DNA of 64,000 nt, taken from positions 416,001 through 480,000 of the forward strand of contig CBDIIB010000004.1 in NCBI GenBank assembly GCA_965279525.1, written 5' to 3'. Positions within the stretch are counted from its first letter, which is position 1. Every line of letters starts with the position of its first letter. This DNA comes from Tagaea sp. Its GTDB lineage: Bacteria; Pseudomonadota; Alphaproteobacteria; CACIAM-22H2. The position numbers and the translations under genes are program-made. The notes under the pieces are model-generated. The model was given only the letters and a program-made list of their open reading frames with translations. It was not told the origin of the DNA and searched no databases. Below are positions 51,068-61,124 of the stretch, piece after piece.

Positions 51068-51940
51068 ATGCCCGCCGACATCCAACTGATGCTTTCCAAG
51101 CTGTTCTGGCTCGTGGCCGAGCCGGCGAGCCTGCTGCTTTCGATCTGGGTCGCCGGATGCCTCGTGCTGTGGACGCGCTGGTGGCGTCTCGGGCGGGTCC
51201 TCGTCTGCATCGCCGCGACGCTCACGGTCGCCGTCGCGATCTATCCGATCGGCCAGGTGGCGCTCCGCCCGATCGAGGACCGTTTCCCGCCACTCGTGTC
51301 GCCGCCGCCGCGCGTCGACGGCATTCTCGTGCTGGGCGGCGTCATCGACTATTACGTCATCGGCAAGCGCGGGGTGCCGTCCTCGCTGCTGGCCGCCGGC
51401 AGCCCGCGGCTCGACGCGTTCATCGAGCTGGCCCGGCGCTATCCTGCAGCCAAGCATGTCTTCACCGGCGGCTCGATCGAGCTCATCGACGGCAAGGACA
51501 CCGAAGCCGACGTCGTGCGGCGCATCTTCGCGCGCATCGGCCTCGACACCACGCGGATCATCTTCGAGGACCAGTCGCGCAACACCTACGAGAACGCGCG
51601 CCTGACGCTCGACCTGATCAAGCCGGAACCCGAGGAAACGTGGCTGCTGATCACTTCGGCACGCCACATGCCGCGTGCGATGGGTACGTTCCGCAAGGCC
51701 GGCTGGCCGCATCTGCTGGCCTATCCGATCGACTTCGCGACCGACCCGAACCAGCCGTTCGACAGCGCGTTCCGGCTCGGCCACAACCTCAATTTCCTGT
51801 CGGAAGCGATCCGCGAATATGTCGGGCTTGCGTATTACTACAAGCTCGGGCGGATCGATGCGCTGTTTCCGGCACCCGAACCGGTCGCCGGCGAACCCGA
51901 AGACGCCGATCCCGCCGAGGCTCCGCCGTCGGATTCCTAG
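51068..51940 (+). CDS. YdcF/ElyC (DUF218) family protein
   Basis: GILVLGG, FTGG, SRNTYENA, LITSARHMPRA, REYVG. Confidence 0.92.
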   Translation: MPADIQLMLSKLFWLVAEPASLLLSIWVAGCLVLWTRWWRLGRVLVCIAATLTVAVAIYPIGQVALRPIEDRFPPLVSPPPRVDGILVLGGVIDYYVIGKRGVPSSLLAAGSPRLDAFIELARRYPAAKHVFTGGSIELIDGKDTEADVVRRIFARIGLDTTRIIFEDQSRNTYENARLTLDLIKPEPEETWLLITSARHMPRAMGTFRKAGWPHLLAYPIDFATDPNQPFDSAFRLGHNLNFLSEAIREYVGLAYYYKLGRIDALFPAPEPVAGEPEDADPAEAPPSDS

Positions 51941-52035
51941 GGAGCCGAATAAAACAAAGGGTCTGGATGACCCTGCCTGCTGGCGACGCACGACGCGGCT
52001 GACTGGGCGGCGGCGGGCGGCTATATCCTGCGTTT

Positions 52036-52518
52036 ATGACGCTGACGATTCGCCCCGCGATACCGGCCGACGCCGCCGAACTCGCCGACCTGATCAACGA
52101 GATCATCCAAATCGGCGGCACGACCGCTTGGGAAACCGAATTCACGCCCGACTACTTCGTCGAGCATTACATCGCGGGCGAAGGCTGCCTCACCTGCTTC
52201 GTGGCGCAGGCCGACCGGCTCTACGGTTTTCAAGCGTTGGGCCGCAACAAGGAATTGCCGACGGATTGGGGCGATATCGGCAGCTTCGCCCGCATTCGGC
52301 CGAAAATGCCCGGCGTGGGGGCCGCCTTGTTCGTGGCGACCATGGCCAAGGCGCGTGAACTGGGCCTCGTCGCGATCAACGCCCAGATCCGCGCCGACAA
52401 CAAATCCGGACTCGGCTTCTATTCGAAGATGGGATTCGTCGATTACGGTGTGAAGAAAGCCCTGCCGCTGAAGGACGGCACGAAGATCGACCGCATCCTG
52501 AAGCGTTACGATCTTTAG
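52036..52518 (+). CDS. GNAT acetyltransferase
   Basis: IRPA, GVGAALF, IRADN..GLGFYSKMGF. Confidence 0.9.
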   Translation: MTLTIRPAIPADAAELADLINEIIQIGGTTAWETEFTPDYFVEHYIAGEGCLTCFVAQADRLYGFQALGRNKELPTDWGDIGSFARIRPKMPGVGAALFVATMAKARELGLVAINAQIRADNKSGLGFYSKMGFVDYGVKKALPLKDGTKIDRILKRYDL

Positions 52519-52560
52519 CGTCCCCTTGCCTGAAGCCGATGCAGGCTAAAGTGCGTGACT

Positions 52561-53232
52561 TCAGTCGTGCCCACTTTCACCCGCTACGGCACGCCAGTCG
52601 CGCAGCATCGCGGCGTCGGGCTTCCGGTTCCAGAAATCGACGCGCACCGACGACGGCGACGCAAGGCTGATTCCGCAGCACGATCCTGTCGCCACACCGA
52701 GCTTGGCGCCGGCGACTGCGGCAGAGAACCACGCGGCATCCAGTTTCGCGAAATAGCGCAGGATCCCCTGTGAACTGCAGAGTACGGGCACGATGCGGCC
52801 GTCGCCGGCGGCAAGCTCGCGCACGAGCTCGCCGGCACCGCGCTCCAGCGTGTCGGGATCCGGCGACCAGCCCTGGCCGACCGGCCACACACAGCGGCGG
52901 TTCCAGGCTTCGAGTGTATCGGCGCCGGCGGTCGCGGCGATGTCGGCGTCCGTCCGGCCTTCCCAAGTTCCATAGTCAATTTCGCGCAGGCTGTCCTCGA
53001 TGCGCGGGACGAAGCCGAAGCCGTGCGTGACGAAGGCGCGCGTGCGCTGGAGAGGCCCCGCCAGAAACGGCCCGGCGGCCATGCCGGAACCGCGCACCGC
53101 TTCGGCGAAAGTCGTGGCCTGTGCGAAGCCCTTGGCCGTCAGCGGAATGTCCGAGCGCGAACCGACGCGCACGACCGGGGCGCCGTCCTCGAACGTGTTG
53201 CCGTGTCGCACGAGAAGGACGCGGCGCATCAC
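52561..53232 (-). CDS. Histidine phosphatase (phosphoglycerate mutase-like) family
   Basis: LVRHGNT, PLQRT, LREIDYGTWEG. Confidence 0.88.
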   Translation of the reverse strand: MMRRVLLVRHGNTFEDGAPVVRVGSRSDIPLTAKGFAQATTFAEAVRGSGMAAGPFLAGPLQRTRAFVTHGFGFVPRIEDSLREIDYGTWEGRTDADIAATAGADTLEAWNRRCVWPVGQGWSPDPDTLERGAGELVRELAAGDGRIVPVLCSSQGILRYFAKLDAAWFSAAVAGAKLGVATGSCCGISLASPSSVRVDFWNRKPDAAMLRDWRAVAGESGHD

Positions 53233-54038
53233 GCGACCCGCGCACTTCCGTCGTAGGCCGGCAGCAGTTCACCCTCGCGCGCGAGGATCGCCTCGGCCTC
53301 GACGAGATCGGCAGGGCTGTCGATCGACCAGTGGGTGCGTCCGCGATAGTCGCATTGCACGACCCGCATCCGGATGCCGTTCTCCAGTGCCCGAAGCTGC
53401 TCGAGCTCCTCGGCCTGCTCGAAGGGGCCGATCGGCAGCGTCACGTATTCCGAAAGTGTCTCGGGACGGAACGCATAGATTCCGATGTGCCGGAAGATCG
53501 GCAGCTCGCCTCCGGGCTTCTTGACGAACGGGATCAGGCTTTTCGAAAAATAGAGCGCGTCGCCGTTGCGGTCGAACGTGACCGTGGTGCCGCCAGCCTG
53601 GCCGCCTTCCTTCTGGCGCTTCAGCGCCGCGAACGCGTCGGGTGCCATGCGCGTGGCAAGCGTGCCGATGCGGATCGCAGGGTCTGCGGCCATGGCACCG
53701 GCAAGCGCGCCGATCACCCAGGGCGGCGTAAGGACGGCATCCCCCTGCAGGTTGATGATCGCCGTCTCGCGCGCGCCCAGCGCCTCGACCGCGGCGAACG
53801 TGCGCTCGGTGCCGTTGCGGCAGCTCTCCGGCGTCATCACCGCTTCGCCGCCGAAGGCGCGCACCGCGTCGGCAATGCGCGCATCGTCGGTCGCCACGAC
53901 CGTGCGCGACACGCCGTCGGCCGCGCGCGCGATCGCCCAGACGCGCTGGATCATCGCGATGCCGCCGACCTTGGCGAGCGGCTTGCCGGGGAAACGCGAC
54001 GAGGCGTAGCGCGCCGGGATGACGACAAGCGCGCTCAT
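53229..54038 (-). CDS. kdsB: KdsB-like cytidylyltransferase (CMP-Kdo synthetase family)
   Basis: IPARYASSRFPGKPL, VATDD, NGTER, NLQGD, ALYFSK, RHIGIYAF, EQAEELEQLRALENG. Confidence 0.85.
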   Translation of the reverse strand: MSALVVIPARYASSRFPGKPLAKVGGIAMIQRVWAIARAADGVSRTVVATDDARIADAVRAFGGEAVMTPESCRNGTERTFAAVEALGARETAIINLQGDAVLTPPWVIGALAGAMAADPAIRIGTLATRMAPDAFAALKRQKEGGQAGGTTVTFDRNGDALYFSKSLIPFVKKPGGELPIFRHIGIYAFRPETLSEYVTLPIGPFEQAEELEQLRALENGIRMRVVQCDYRGRTHWSIDSPADLVEAEAILAREGELLPAYDGSARVA

Positions 54039-55072
54039 GCTGCCCGTGCCAGATCGTGGAGTGCAGAAAGATAGGTTTCGGCCGGCGGAAAAAGGCGCGG
54101 CGTGGGCTTGCCGGCAAGCTTCCGGTCGATCTCGAAATGGAAGACGCGCAACAGCCACAGCGCTTCGCATGCACGCGACACGGCGATGTCGAGCACGGGT
54201 CCCCCGGCCGCGGCATAGGCCGCGCGCAACGCGCCGTAGAGTTCGGGGTCGGCCGTCAGCTGGCCGCTTTCGCCGTCCACGCGCGTCCAGTAGCGCAGCT
54301 TGACGAAGTCGAGCTCGGGCGGTGCGACGACCGCGTTGTCCCAGTCGATGACCCAAATCGTCGCGCGTGCCGCATCGTCGATCAGGTGCAGGCCGTGCAG
54401 GTCGTTGTGTGCCAGCGTCCACGTGACCTTGCGGTCGGCGCGCGCGGCCACCGTTTCGACGAAACGCGCAAGTGTCTCGGGGATCCGGCCGCGCGCAAGC
54501 TCGCGTGCGATCCCGGCACCGAGCCAGCCCGCGAAATCCTGCGGGACACGCCCGAGCGAAAGCAGATCGGGATAGCCGCCGTCGAAGCGCACGGCGTGGA
54601 TCGCGGCGATCGCCTGGCCCGCGCGCGCAATGGCGCCGGCATCGGCCTTGCGGGCTAGCGTGGTGCCCTCGCACCATCCGGTCAGTTCCCACGGCAGCGG
54701 CCAGAGTTCGTCGCCGTTGCTCCAGTAGACAAGGGCAGGGGCGAAAGGCGGGGCGAGCGTGCCGGATTTCGCGGTCGCAAGTCCGTCGGCCGCCAGTGCG
54801 TCCGGCACGCCCGCACGCTTCGCGGAATGGATCGCGGCGACGAGCGCCGACTTCGCCACGCCCTTCTCGTACCGGAAATGCGTCTCTTCGCGCCGCAGGC
54901 GCAGCGCGTACTTGCGACCGGCATGGACGACCGGCCAGGTCCGGTTGACGGCCCCGTCGATCGGACTTTCGATGGCGAGCGAGGCCGTGTCGAAGTCCGG
55001 GCCGAGGGCGCGCGCCATCAGCGCGGCGGCGTGGCGCGCATCGGCAGGCGGCAGGGCGACGGCGATCGACAT
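54035..55072 (-). CDS. APH/choline kinase-like phosphotransferase
   Basis: GAVN, ALRL, AHNDLH, VIDWD, PPELD; stop overlaps the kdsB start. Confidence 0.72.
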   Translation of the reverse strand: MSIAVALPPADARHAAALMARALGPDFDTASLAIESPIDGAVNRTWPVVHAGRKYALRLRREETHFRYEKGVAKSALVAAIHSAKRAGVPDALAADGLATAKSGTLAPPFAPALVYWSNGDELWPLPWELTGWCEGTTLARKADAGAIARAGQAIAAIHAVRFDGGYPDLLSLGRVPQDFAGWLGAGIARELARGRIPETLARFVETVAARADRKVTWTLAHNDLHGLHLIDDAARATIWVIDWDNAVVAPPELDFVKLRYWTRVDGESGQLTADPELYGALRAAYAAAGGPVLDIAVSRACEALWLLRVFHFEIDRKLAGKPTPRLFPPAETYLSALHDLARAA

Positions 55073-55178
55073 GGTCAAGGCGGCGCAAACTGCCCGTTTT
55101 TGCGGCCTTGCGCAACCACTTGCGCGATACCCGGAGTCCCGATTGCGTAGCCTGTACGGCCCATGGCAATCATCGCGC

Positions 55179-56165
55179 ATGGATACAGACACGAGTCGGC
55201 GCACGTTCCTCGGGGCCCTGGGTGCCACGGCCGCTTTCCCGCATGCAGTGCTGGCGAACGACATGCCCTTCGAAGTCTGGCTGCGGGGGTTCCGCGAGGA
55301 AGCCGTGCAGAAGGGCATGAAGCCCGGGACACTCGACCAGGCCCTGTCCGGCATCGCCCCGATCGGCCGGGTCCTCGAACTCGACCGGTCGCAGCCCGAA
55401 GTGCGCCTTACCTTCGAGCAGTACTTCGCGCGCGTGGTCAACAAGGTGCGCATCGACACCGGCCGCGCACGGCTCGCCGAGAACCGCGATCTGCTGACCC
55501 GCGTGGCCCAGCGCTATGCCGTCCAGTCGCGCTTCATCGTGGCGCTGTGGGCGGTCGAGACCGATTTCGGCCGGCTGACCGGCGGCTTCAACATTTTCGC
55601 GGCCCTGGCCACGCTCGCCTACGACGGCAGGCGCAGCCAGTTCTTCCGCGAGGAACTGCTCAATGCCGTCCGCATCGTCGACAAGGGCCTCATCAAGGCC
55701 AGCGACATGCGCGGTTCGTGGGCGGGTGCCATGGGCCAAAGCCAGTTCATGCCGTCCTCGTATCTCGCATACGCCGTCGACTTCGACGGCGACGGCCGGG
55801 CGGACATCTGGAATTCGCGCGCCGACGTGTTTGCGTCGATCGCAAACTACCTCGTGCGCGCCGGCTGGAAGGGCGACGAGAACTGGGGCCGTGCGGCGAG
55901 CCTGCCGGCGGGTTTCAGCCGCGAGTTGGTCGACCACAACAAGGTCACGAAGACGCTCGCCGAATGGCAGGCGCTCGGCGTGCGCTCGGCCGACGGCGGC
56001 GACCTGCCCGGGCGCGATCTGGCCGCGTCGATCGTCCAGCCCGACGGCGTGGCCGGTCGCGCGTTCCTCGTCTACAACAATTTCCGGTCGATCATGCGCT
56101 GGAACCGGTCCGTCAATTTTGCCACGTCGGTGGGCCTGCTTGCCGACAGTATCGGCGAGGTTTAG
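55179..56165 (+). CDS. Lytic murein transglycosylase (MltB/Slt35 family)
   Basis: Tat-like SRRTFL; VETDFG, GSWAGAMGQSQFMPSSY, EF-hand DFDGDG, WNRS. Confidence 0.93.
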   Translation: MDTDTSRRTFLGALGATAAFPHAVLANDMPFEVWLRGFREEAVQKGMKPGTLDQALSGIAPIGRVLELDRSQPEVRLTFEQYFARVVNKVRIDTGRARLAENRDLLTRVAQRYAVQSRFIVALWAVETDFGRLTGGFNIFAALATLAYDGRRSQFFREELLNAVRIVDKGLIKASDMRGSWAGAMGQSQFMPSSYLAYAVDFDGDGRADIWNSRADVFASIANYLVRAGWKGDENWGRAASLPAGFSRELVDHNKVTKTLAEWQALGVRSADGGDLPGRDLAASIVQPDGVAGRAFLVYNNFRSIMRWNRSVNFATSVGLLADSIGEV

Positions 56166-56220
56166 CCTCGATTTGTCATGTTTCAGGCGCGTCGATTCGC
56201 GCCTGTCCGTCAGGAATACG

Positions 56221-57477
56221 ATGTCCGTCCTGGGTTCAGCATTGCGCGCGTCTGTTCTGGTCGGCACGGCCATCGCCGCGCTCGGCCTTGGCGCGTGTTC
56301 GGAGCTCAAGTTCGGCGTTTCCGTCGTCAAGTCGATGCAAGGCACGCCCGAAACGCCGGCCTCCGGCCCGGCAGCGCGTGCGCAGGGAACCTACAAGGTC
56401 GGCGAGCCCTACCAGATCGCCGGCGCCTGGTACTATCCGGCGGAAGACTGGAACTACTCGGAAACCGGCATCGCGTCGTTTTACGGCGGCGAGCGGACCG
56501 GGACCAATTTTCACGGTCGGAACACGGCCAACGGCGAACTCTACGACATGAACGCGCTGACGGCGGCGCACACCACGCTGCCGATGCCCAGCCTCGTGCG
56601 CGTCACCAACATGGACAACGGACGGTCGATCGTCTTGCGTGTCAACGACCGCGGCCCGTTCGCCCGCGGTCGCATCATCGACGTGTCGCGCCGGGCCGCA
56701 CAGCTTCTCGGCTTCGAAGGGCAGGGGACCGCGCGCGTTCGTGTCGACATGATGGCGGAAGACAGCCTGCGCCTGAAGGCGGAGCTGACCGGGCGCAGCG
56801 ACGAGACCCAGACCGTCGCCGCGGCACCGCGCACGTCCGTCGCCTCGGATGCGCTGCCGCCGCCGCCCGGTGCGCGCGAGACGCGCACGACTTCGGCCGC
56901 TTTGCCGCCGCCGTCCGCCACGCTGCCGCCGGTCCAGACGGACCGCAGCCGCGTGGGAACGACGACGCGCCAGGGCCGGCCGCGTGAAACGCAGGTACCG
57001 CTCGCGCGCCAGGCCGAACCGATCCGTACGCAGGCGGCACAGGATCTGCCGCCACCGGCTGCCGTAGCACCGGCACCTGCACCGGCGGCCGTCCAGGGAC
57101 GCAGCGGTCCGGCGGCGACGCCGCGCACGGCGCCTGCCGCCACATCCGCCCGTCCGGCCGCAGCACCCGGCGGATCGCGCGAAGTCGCGGCACTGCCCGT
57201 CGAACAGCAGGCCGCCGCGCGCCCGGTCCTGACCCAAGGGGCTGCCGAGCGTTCGAGCCTGTGGGTGCAGGCCGGCGCCTTCGGAAACTACGAGAATGCC
57301 TACCGGCTGTCGGTCCGGCTTTCGCGCTATGGTTCCTCGCGCGTCGTTCCGGTATCGCTCAATGGCAGCCAGCTCTATCGCGTGCGCGTGGGCCCGATCG
57401 CCGACGTGAAGGATGCCGACCGGATGCTCGAACAGATGGCCTCCGATGTGCCCGAAGCGCGCATCGTGGTCGATTGA
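56221..57477 (+). CDS. rlpA: Septal ring lytic transglycosylase RlpA
   Basis: Lipobox LGAC, TANGE, TAAHTTLP, VNDRGPF, C-terminal SPOR VQAGAF. Confidence 0.93.
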   Translation: MSVLGSALRASVLVGTAIAALGLGACSELKFGVSVVKSMQGTPETPASGPAARAQGTYKVGEPYQIAGAWYYPAEDWNYSETGIASFYGGERTGTNFHGRNTANGELYDMNALTAAHTTLPMPSLVRVTNMDNGRSIVLRVNDRGPFARGRIIDVSRRAAQLLGFEGQGTARVRVDMMAEDSLRLKAELTGRSDETQTVAAAPRTSVASDALPPPPGARETRTTSAALPPPSATLPPVQTDRSRVGTTTRQGRPRETQVPLARQAEPIRTQAAQDLPPPAAVAPAPAPAAVQGRSGPAATPRTAPAATSARPAAAPGGSREVAALPVEQQAAARPVLTQGAAERSSLWVQAGAFGNYENAYRLSVRLSRYGSSRVVPVSLNGSQLYRVRVGPIADVKDADRMLEQMASDVPEARIVVD

Positions 57478-57491
57478 GGGGATTTTTGACC

Positions 57492-58742
57492 ATGCGCGCC
57501 CGTCTCGTCGTCGCCGCCGTCCTGCTTGCCGCCGCCGTTGCGCCGGCCGTCGAAGCGCAGCAGCAGCGCCCGCCGGCGGCACCGCGCGCCCAGCAGCAGG
57601 CACCGGCTCAGCGTCCGGCCGCCACACCGGCCGCACGCGCGCCGTCGGATGCGATGCCCGAAGTCTCGGCGCGCCAGGTGATCGTGCTCGACTACCATAC
57701 CGGCTTCGTCATGTTCGAGCGCAGCGCCGACGAACGCATGCCGCCGTCGTCGATGAGCAAGGTGATGACCGCGTATCTGGTCTTCGAGGCGCTGAAGACC
57801 GGCAAGCTCAATCTCGAAGACATGCTGCCCGTGTCCGAGCGCGCCTGGCGCATGCAGGGCTCGAAGATGTTCGTGCCGCTCAACGGGCGGGTGAAGGTCG
57901 AGGATCTCATCCGCGGGATGATCGTCCAGTCGGGCAACGACGCGTGCATCGTGCTTGCCGAAGCGCTCGCCGGCAGCGAGGAAGCCTTCGCCGAGCAGAT
58001 GAATGCCGAGGCGCGGCGGATGGGCCTGAACGGCTCGAATTTCCGCAACGCGACCGGCTGGCCCGATCCCGATCACTACATGACGGCACGCGATCTCGCC
58101 ACGCTCTCGCGCCGCGTCGTGGACGACCATCCGGAGTTCTACAAATACTACCGCGAGCTCAATTTCACATACGGCAAGGACGAGCGGACCGGCAGGGACA
58201 TCACGCAGGGCAACCGCAATCCGCTGCTCTACAAGAACATCGGTGCCGACGGCATCAAGACCGGCCATACCGAGCAGGCGGGCTACGGGCTGACGGCCTC
58301 CGCGATGCGCGACGGACGGCGCGTGATCGCGATCTTCAACGGCTGGACGTCGATGCGCCAGCGCGCCGAGGAGTCCGAGCGGATGGTCGAATGGGCCTTC
58401 CGCGAGTTCCAGACCTACCGGCTGTTCACTGCCGGGCAGGAAGTCGACCGGACGGATGTGTGGCTCGGCGTCAAAGGCAGCGTGCCGCTGCTGGCCGCAC
58501 AGGACGTCGCGATCACCATGCCGCGCCGCCTGCGCCCGCAGCTCCAGGCCAGGATCAGCTACGACAGTCCGGTGCCCGCACCGATCGCGGGTGGCCAGGC
58601 TCTCGGCCGCATCTCGCTGACAGCACCCGGCCTGACGCCGATCGAAGTTCCGTTGATCGCGCAGGAAAGCGTGGACCGGCTGGGCTATTCGGAACGTCTG
58701 TCGGCCGCCCTCAACCACCTGATTTTCGGCCCGAAGAAGTGA
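57492..58742 (+). CDS. D-alanyl-D-alanine carboxypeptidase (PBP5/6 family)
   Basis: SMSK (SxxK), SGN, KTG motifs. Confidence 0.94.
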   Translation: MRARLVVAAVLLAAAVAPAVEAQQQRPPAAPRAQQQAPAQRPAATPAARAPSDAMPEVSARQVIVLDYHTGFVMFERSADERMPPSSMSKVMTAYLVFEALKTGKLNLEDMLPVSERAWRMQGSKMFVPLNGRVKVEDLIRGMIVQSGNDACIVLAEALAGSEEAFAEQMNAEARRMGLNGSNFRNATGWPDPDHYMTARDLATLSRRVVDDHPEFYKYYRELNFTYGKDERTGRDITQGNRNPLLYKNIGADGIKTGHTEQAGYGLTASAMRDGRRVIAIFNGWTSMRQRAEESERMVEWAFREFQTYRLFTAGQEVDRTDVWLGVKGSVPLLAAQDVAITMPRRLRPQLQARISYDSPVPAPIAGGQALGRISLTAPGLTPIEVPLIAQESVDRLGYSERLSAALNHLIFGPKK

Positions 58743-59407
58743 GCCCACGGCCGCGCCGTCGCGGGCTTTTCATCACCTTCGAAGGCGGAGAAGGGGCCGG
58801 CAAGTCGACCCAGATCGCGCGGCTCGCGACCCGCCTGTCTGCCGCCGGCATCGACATCCTCGCCACGCGCGAACCAGGAGGACCGCCCGGCGCCCTGCCG
58901 CAGGCGATGGCGTTGCGCCGGCTGCTGGTGGAAGGCGAGCCGGGCGCGTGGAGCCCGCAAAGCGAAGCGCTGCTCAACTACACCCAGCGCATCGAGCATG
59001 TCCGGCGGATCATCGAGCCCGCACTCGCGCGCGGCACGTTCGTCCTTTGCGATCGCTTCGCGGATTCCACGATGGCGTATCAGGGTTACGGTCACGCGCT
59101 GGGCCGCGCGTTCGTCGCGAAGCTGCACCGCCTGACGCTTGGTACCTTCAAGCCCGACCTGACGCTGATCTTCGATCTTCCGGTCGAAGCCGGCCTGAAG
59201 CGCGCACTGGCGCGGGCCGGGACGGAAACGCGCTACGAGCGGATGGACATCGCCTTCCACGAACGGCTCCGGCGCGGCTTCCGGGCGATCGCGCGGGCCG
59301 AACCCAAACGCTGCGCGCTGGTCGATGCGCGCGGCGATATCGATACGGTCGAGAAGCGCATCCTGACCGTCTTGCGCAAACGGCTCGGCGCCCGGTTGCC
59401 CGCGTGA
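58739..59407 (+). CDS. tmk: Thymidylate kinase
   Basis: FITFEGGEGAGKST, REPGG, CDRFADSTMAYQG. Confidence 0.96.
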   Translation: MSPRPRRRGLFITFEGGEGAGKSTQIARLATRLSAAGIDILATREPGGPPGALPQAMALRRLLVEGEPGAWSPQSEALLNYTQRIEHVRRIIEPALARGTFVLCDRFADSTMAYQGYGHALGRAFVAKLHRLTLGTFKPDLTLIFDLPVEAGLKRALARAGTETRYERMDIAFHERLRRGFRAIARAEPKRCALVDARGDIDTVEKRILTVLRKRLGARLPA

Positions 59408-60522
59408 ACGACGAACCCGAAGACAAGGCCCCCCGGCCGCGGGCCAATCCCGATCTGGTCGGCCACGATGCGGCCGAGGCAGGCCTGCTGGATGCGTGGA
59501 ATTCCGGCCGGCTGCCGCATGCTTGGCTGATCGCGGGCCCTCGCGGCGTTGGAAAGGCAACGCTCGCCTTCCGCTTCGCGCGTTTTGCGTTGGCACAGGG
59601 TGCAAGCCAGGCCGAGCAATCCGGCGGGCTGTTCGGTGGCGGTCCACCGCCGGCGCCGAAGTCGCTGGCGTTGTCCGCCGACCATCCGGTCTTCCGGCGC
59701 GTGGCCGCGGAAGGCCATGCCGACATGCTGACGCTGCAACCCGGCATGCCCAATCCGAATTCGAGCCCGCCCAACAAGCCCTCGCAGGAGATCATCGTCC
59801 ATTGGGTGCGCCGCGCGGTCGACCTGCTGCATCGCACGGCGGCGGAGGGCGGCTGGCGCGTCGTCGTCATCGACACCGCCGAGGACATGAACGATTCGGC
59901 GCAGAACGCGCTGCTGAAGGCGCTCGAGGAGCCGGCGCCAAAATGCCTGCTGCTGCTCGTGTCGAATGCGCCGGGCCGGCTGCTGCCGACAATCCGGTCG
60001 CGCTGCCGGATGCTGTTCGTGCAGCCTTTGCCGGCCGCAACGGTCGACGCCCTGCTGCAGCGCTACCGGCCGGAGCTCAAGCCCGACGAACGCCAGACCC
60101 TGATCGGTCTGTGCGAAGGCTCGATCGGCCGCGCGATGGAGCTTGCCGACCGGGGCGGAGCGGAGCTCTACCGCACGCTGCTGGATCTGCTGGCCGGCCT
60201 GCCGAAGCTGGACACCGGCGAGGTGCACGGCTTCGCCGAGACCATGTCACGCAAGGGCGACGACGCGCAGGCAAGTTTCCGCACGGCTCTTGATCTGATG
60301 GGCGGGATCGTCCACCGGCTTGCCAAGACGGCCGCCGGCGAGCGTGCCGTCCTGCCGGCCGAAGCGCAGCTTGCCGCCCGCTGTGCTGGACGCGGCACCC
60401 AGCCCTGGGTCGAGGCGTGGGACCGTCTGGGCCGGCTCGAAAGTGCGGGCGACGGGCTCAATCTCGACCGCAAGGCGGTGCTGCTCTCGGCCTTCGCGGC
60501 GCTCGAGCGGGCCGCATCCTGA
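59404..60522 (+). CDS. holB: DNA polymerase III subunit delta'
   Basis: HAWLIAGPRGVGKAT, NALLKALEEP, LPTIRSRC; follows tmk. Confidence 0.94.
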   Translation: MNDEPEDKAPRPRANPDLVGHDAAEAGLLDAWNSGRLPHAWLIAGPRGVGKATLAFRFARFALAQGASQAEQSGGLFGGGPPPAPKSLALSADHPVFRRVAAEGHADMLTLQPGMPNPNSSPPNKPSQEIIVHWVRRAVDLLHRTAAEGGWRVVVIDTAEDMNDSAQNALLKALEEPAPKCLLLLVSNAPGRLLPTIRSRCRMLFVQPLPAATVDALLQRYRPELKPDERQTLIGLCEGSIGRAMELADRGGAELYRTLLDLLAGLPKLDTGEVHGFAETMSRKGDDAQASFRTALDLMGGIVHRLAKTAAGERAVLPAEAQLAARCAGRGTQPWVEAWDRLGRLESAGDGLNLDRKAVLLSAFAALERAAS

Positions 60523-61053
60523 TCAGCCGATATCGGTCGGCACCAGATAGGCATTGAGGCTTGCGCGCGTCGAACTGATGTCGGCCCAGTCGTCGACCGT
60601 GAAGCTGAGATCGAGGAACGCGCAGGTGGGGAATTTCGTCGCGATGCGCCGGCGCGTCTCGATCTCGCCGGGCGGAACCAGCCGCAGGGCCAGGTCCTCG
60701 AGACCCGGATTGTGGCCGATGAGCATGACCTGTGACGGCGGCTCCGGGCTCTCGTCGAGCCCGCCAAGCACCTCCAGGATCGTCTCGGCGTCGGCCAGAT
60801 AGAGCCTGCGCTCGACCCGGATATCCGGTGTGGGACCCAAGGCCGGGCGGACGGCAGCCAGCGTCTCGCGGGTCCGGGCGGCGGCCGAGCACAACACCAG
60901 ATCCGGGTGAAGGCTGCGCGCGGCCAGCCATTCGGCCATCGCGTGCGCCGCGCGCTGGCCCCGCTTGTTCAACGGCCGGTCGAAATCGTCCAGAAAGGGG
61001 TCCTCGCGGGACGATTTGGCATGCCGAAGCAAAAAAAGACGCTTGGGTTTCAA
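60523..61053 (-). CDS. sixA: SixA-type phosphohistidine phosphatase
   Basis: LLRHAKS, DFDRPLNKRG, RTRET, GHNPG. Confidence 0.88.
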   Translation of the reverse strand: MKPKRLFLLRHAKSSREDPFLDDFDRPLNKRGQRAAHAMAEWLAARSLHPDLVLCSAAARTRETLAAVRPALGPTPDIRVERRLYLADAETILEVLGGLDESPEPPSQVMLIGHNPGLEDLALRLVPPGEIETRRRIATKFPTCAFLDLSFTVDDWADISSTRASLNAYLVPTDIG

Positions 61054-61124
61054 AAACTTGCCATCAAACTGCGGGTAAATTCGCTCCGTGATACCATGAA
61101 CCCTTCTTCCGGAGGACCGAAACC

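Noticed and set aside
56820-57240. Pro/Ala-rich repetitive stretch in rlpA
   Set aside because: Ordinary disordered linker between the DPBB and SPOR domains.
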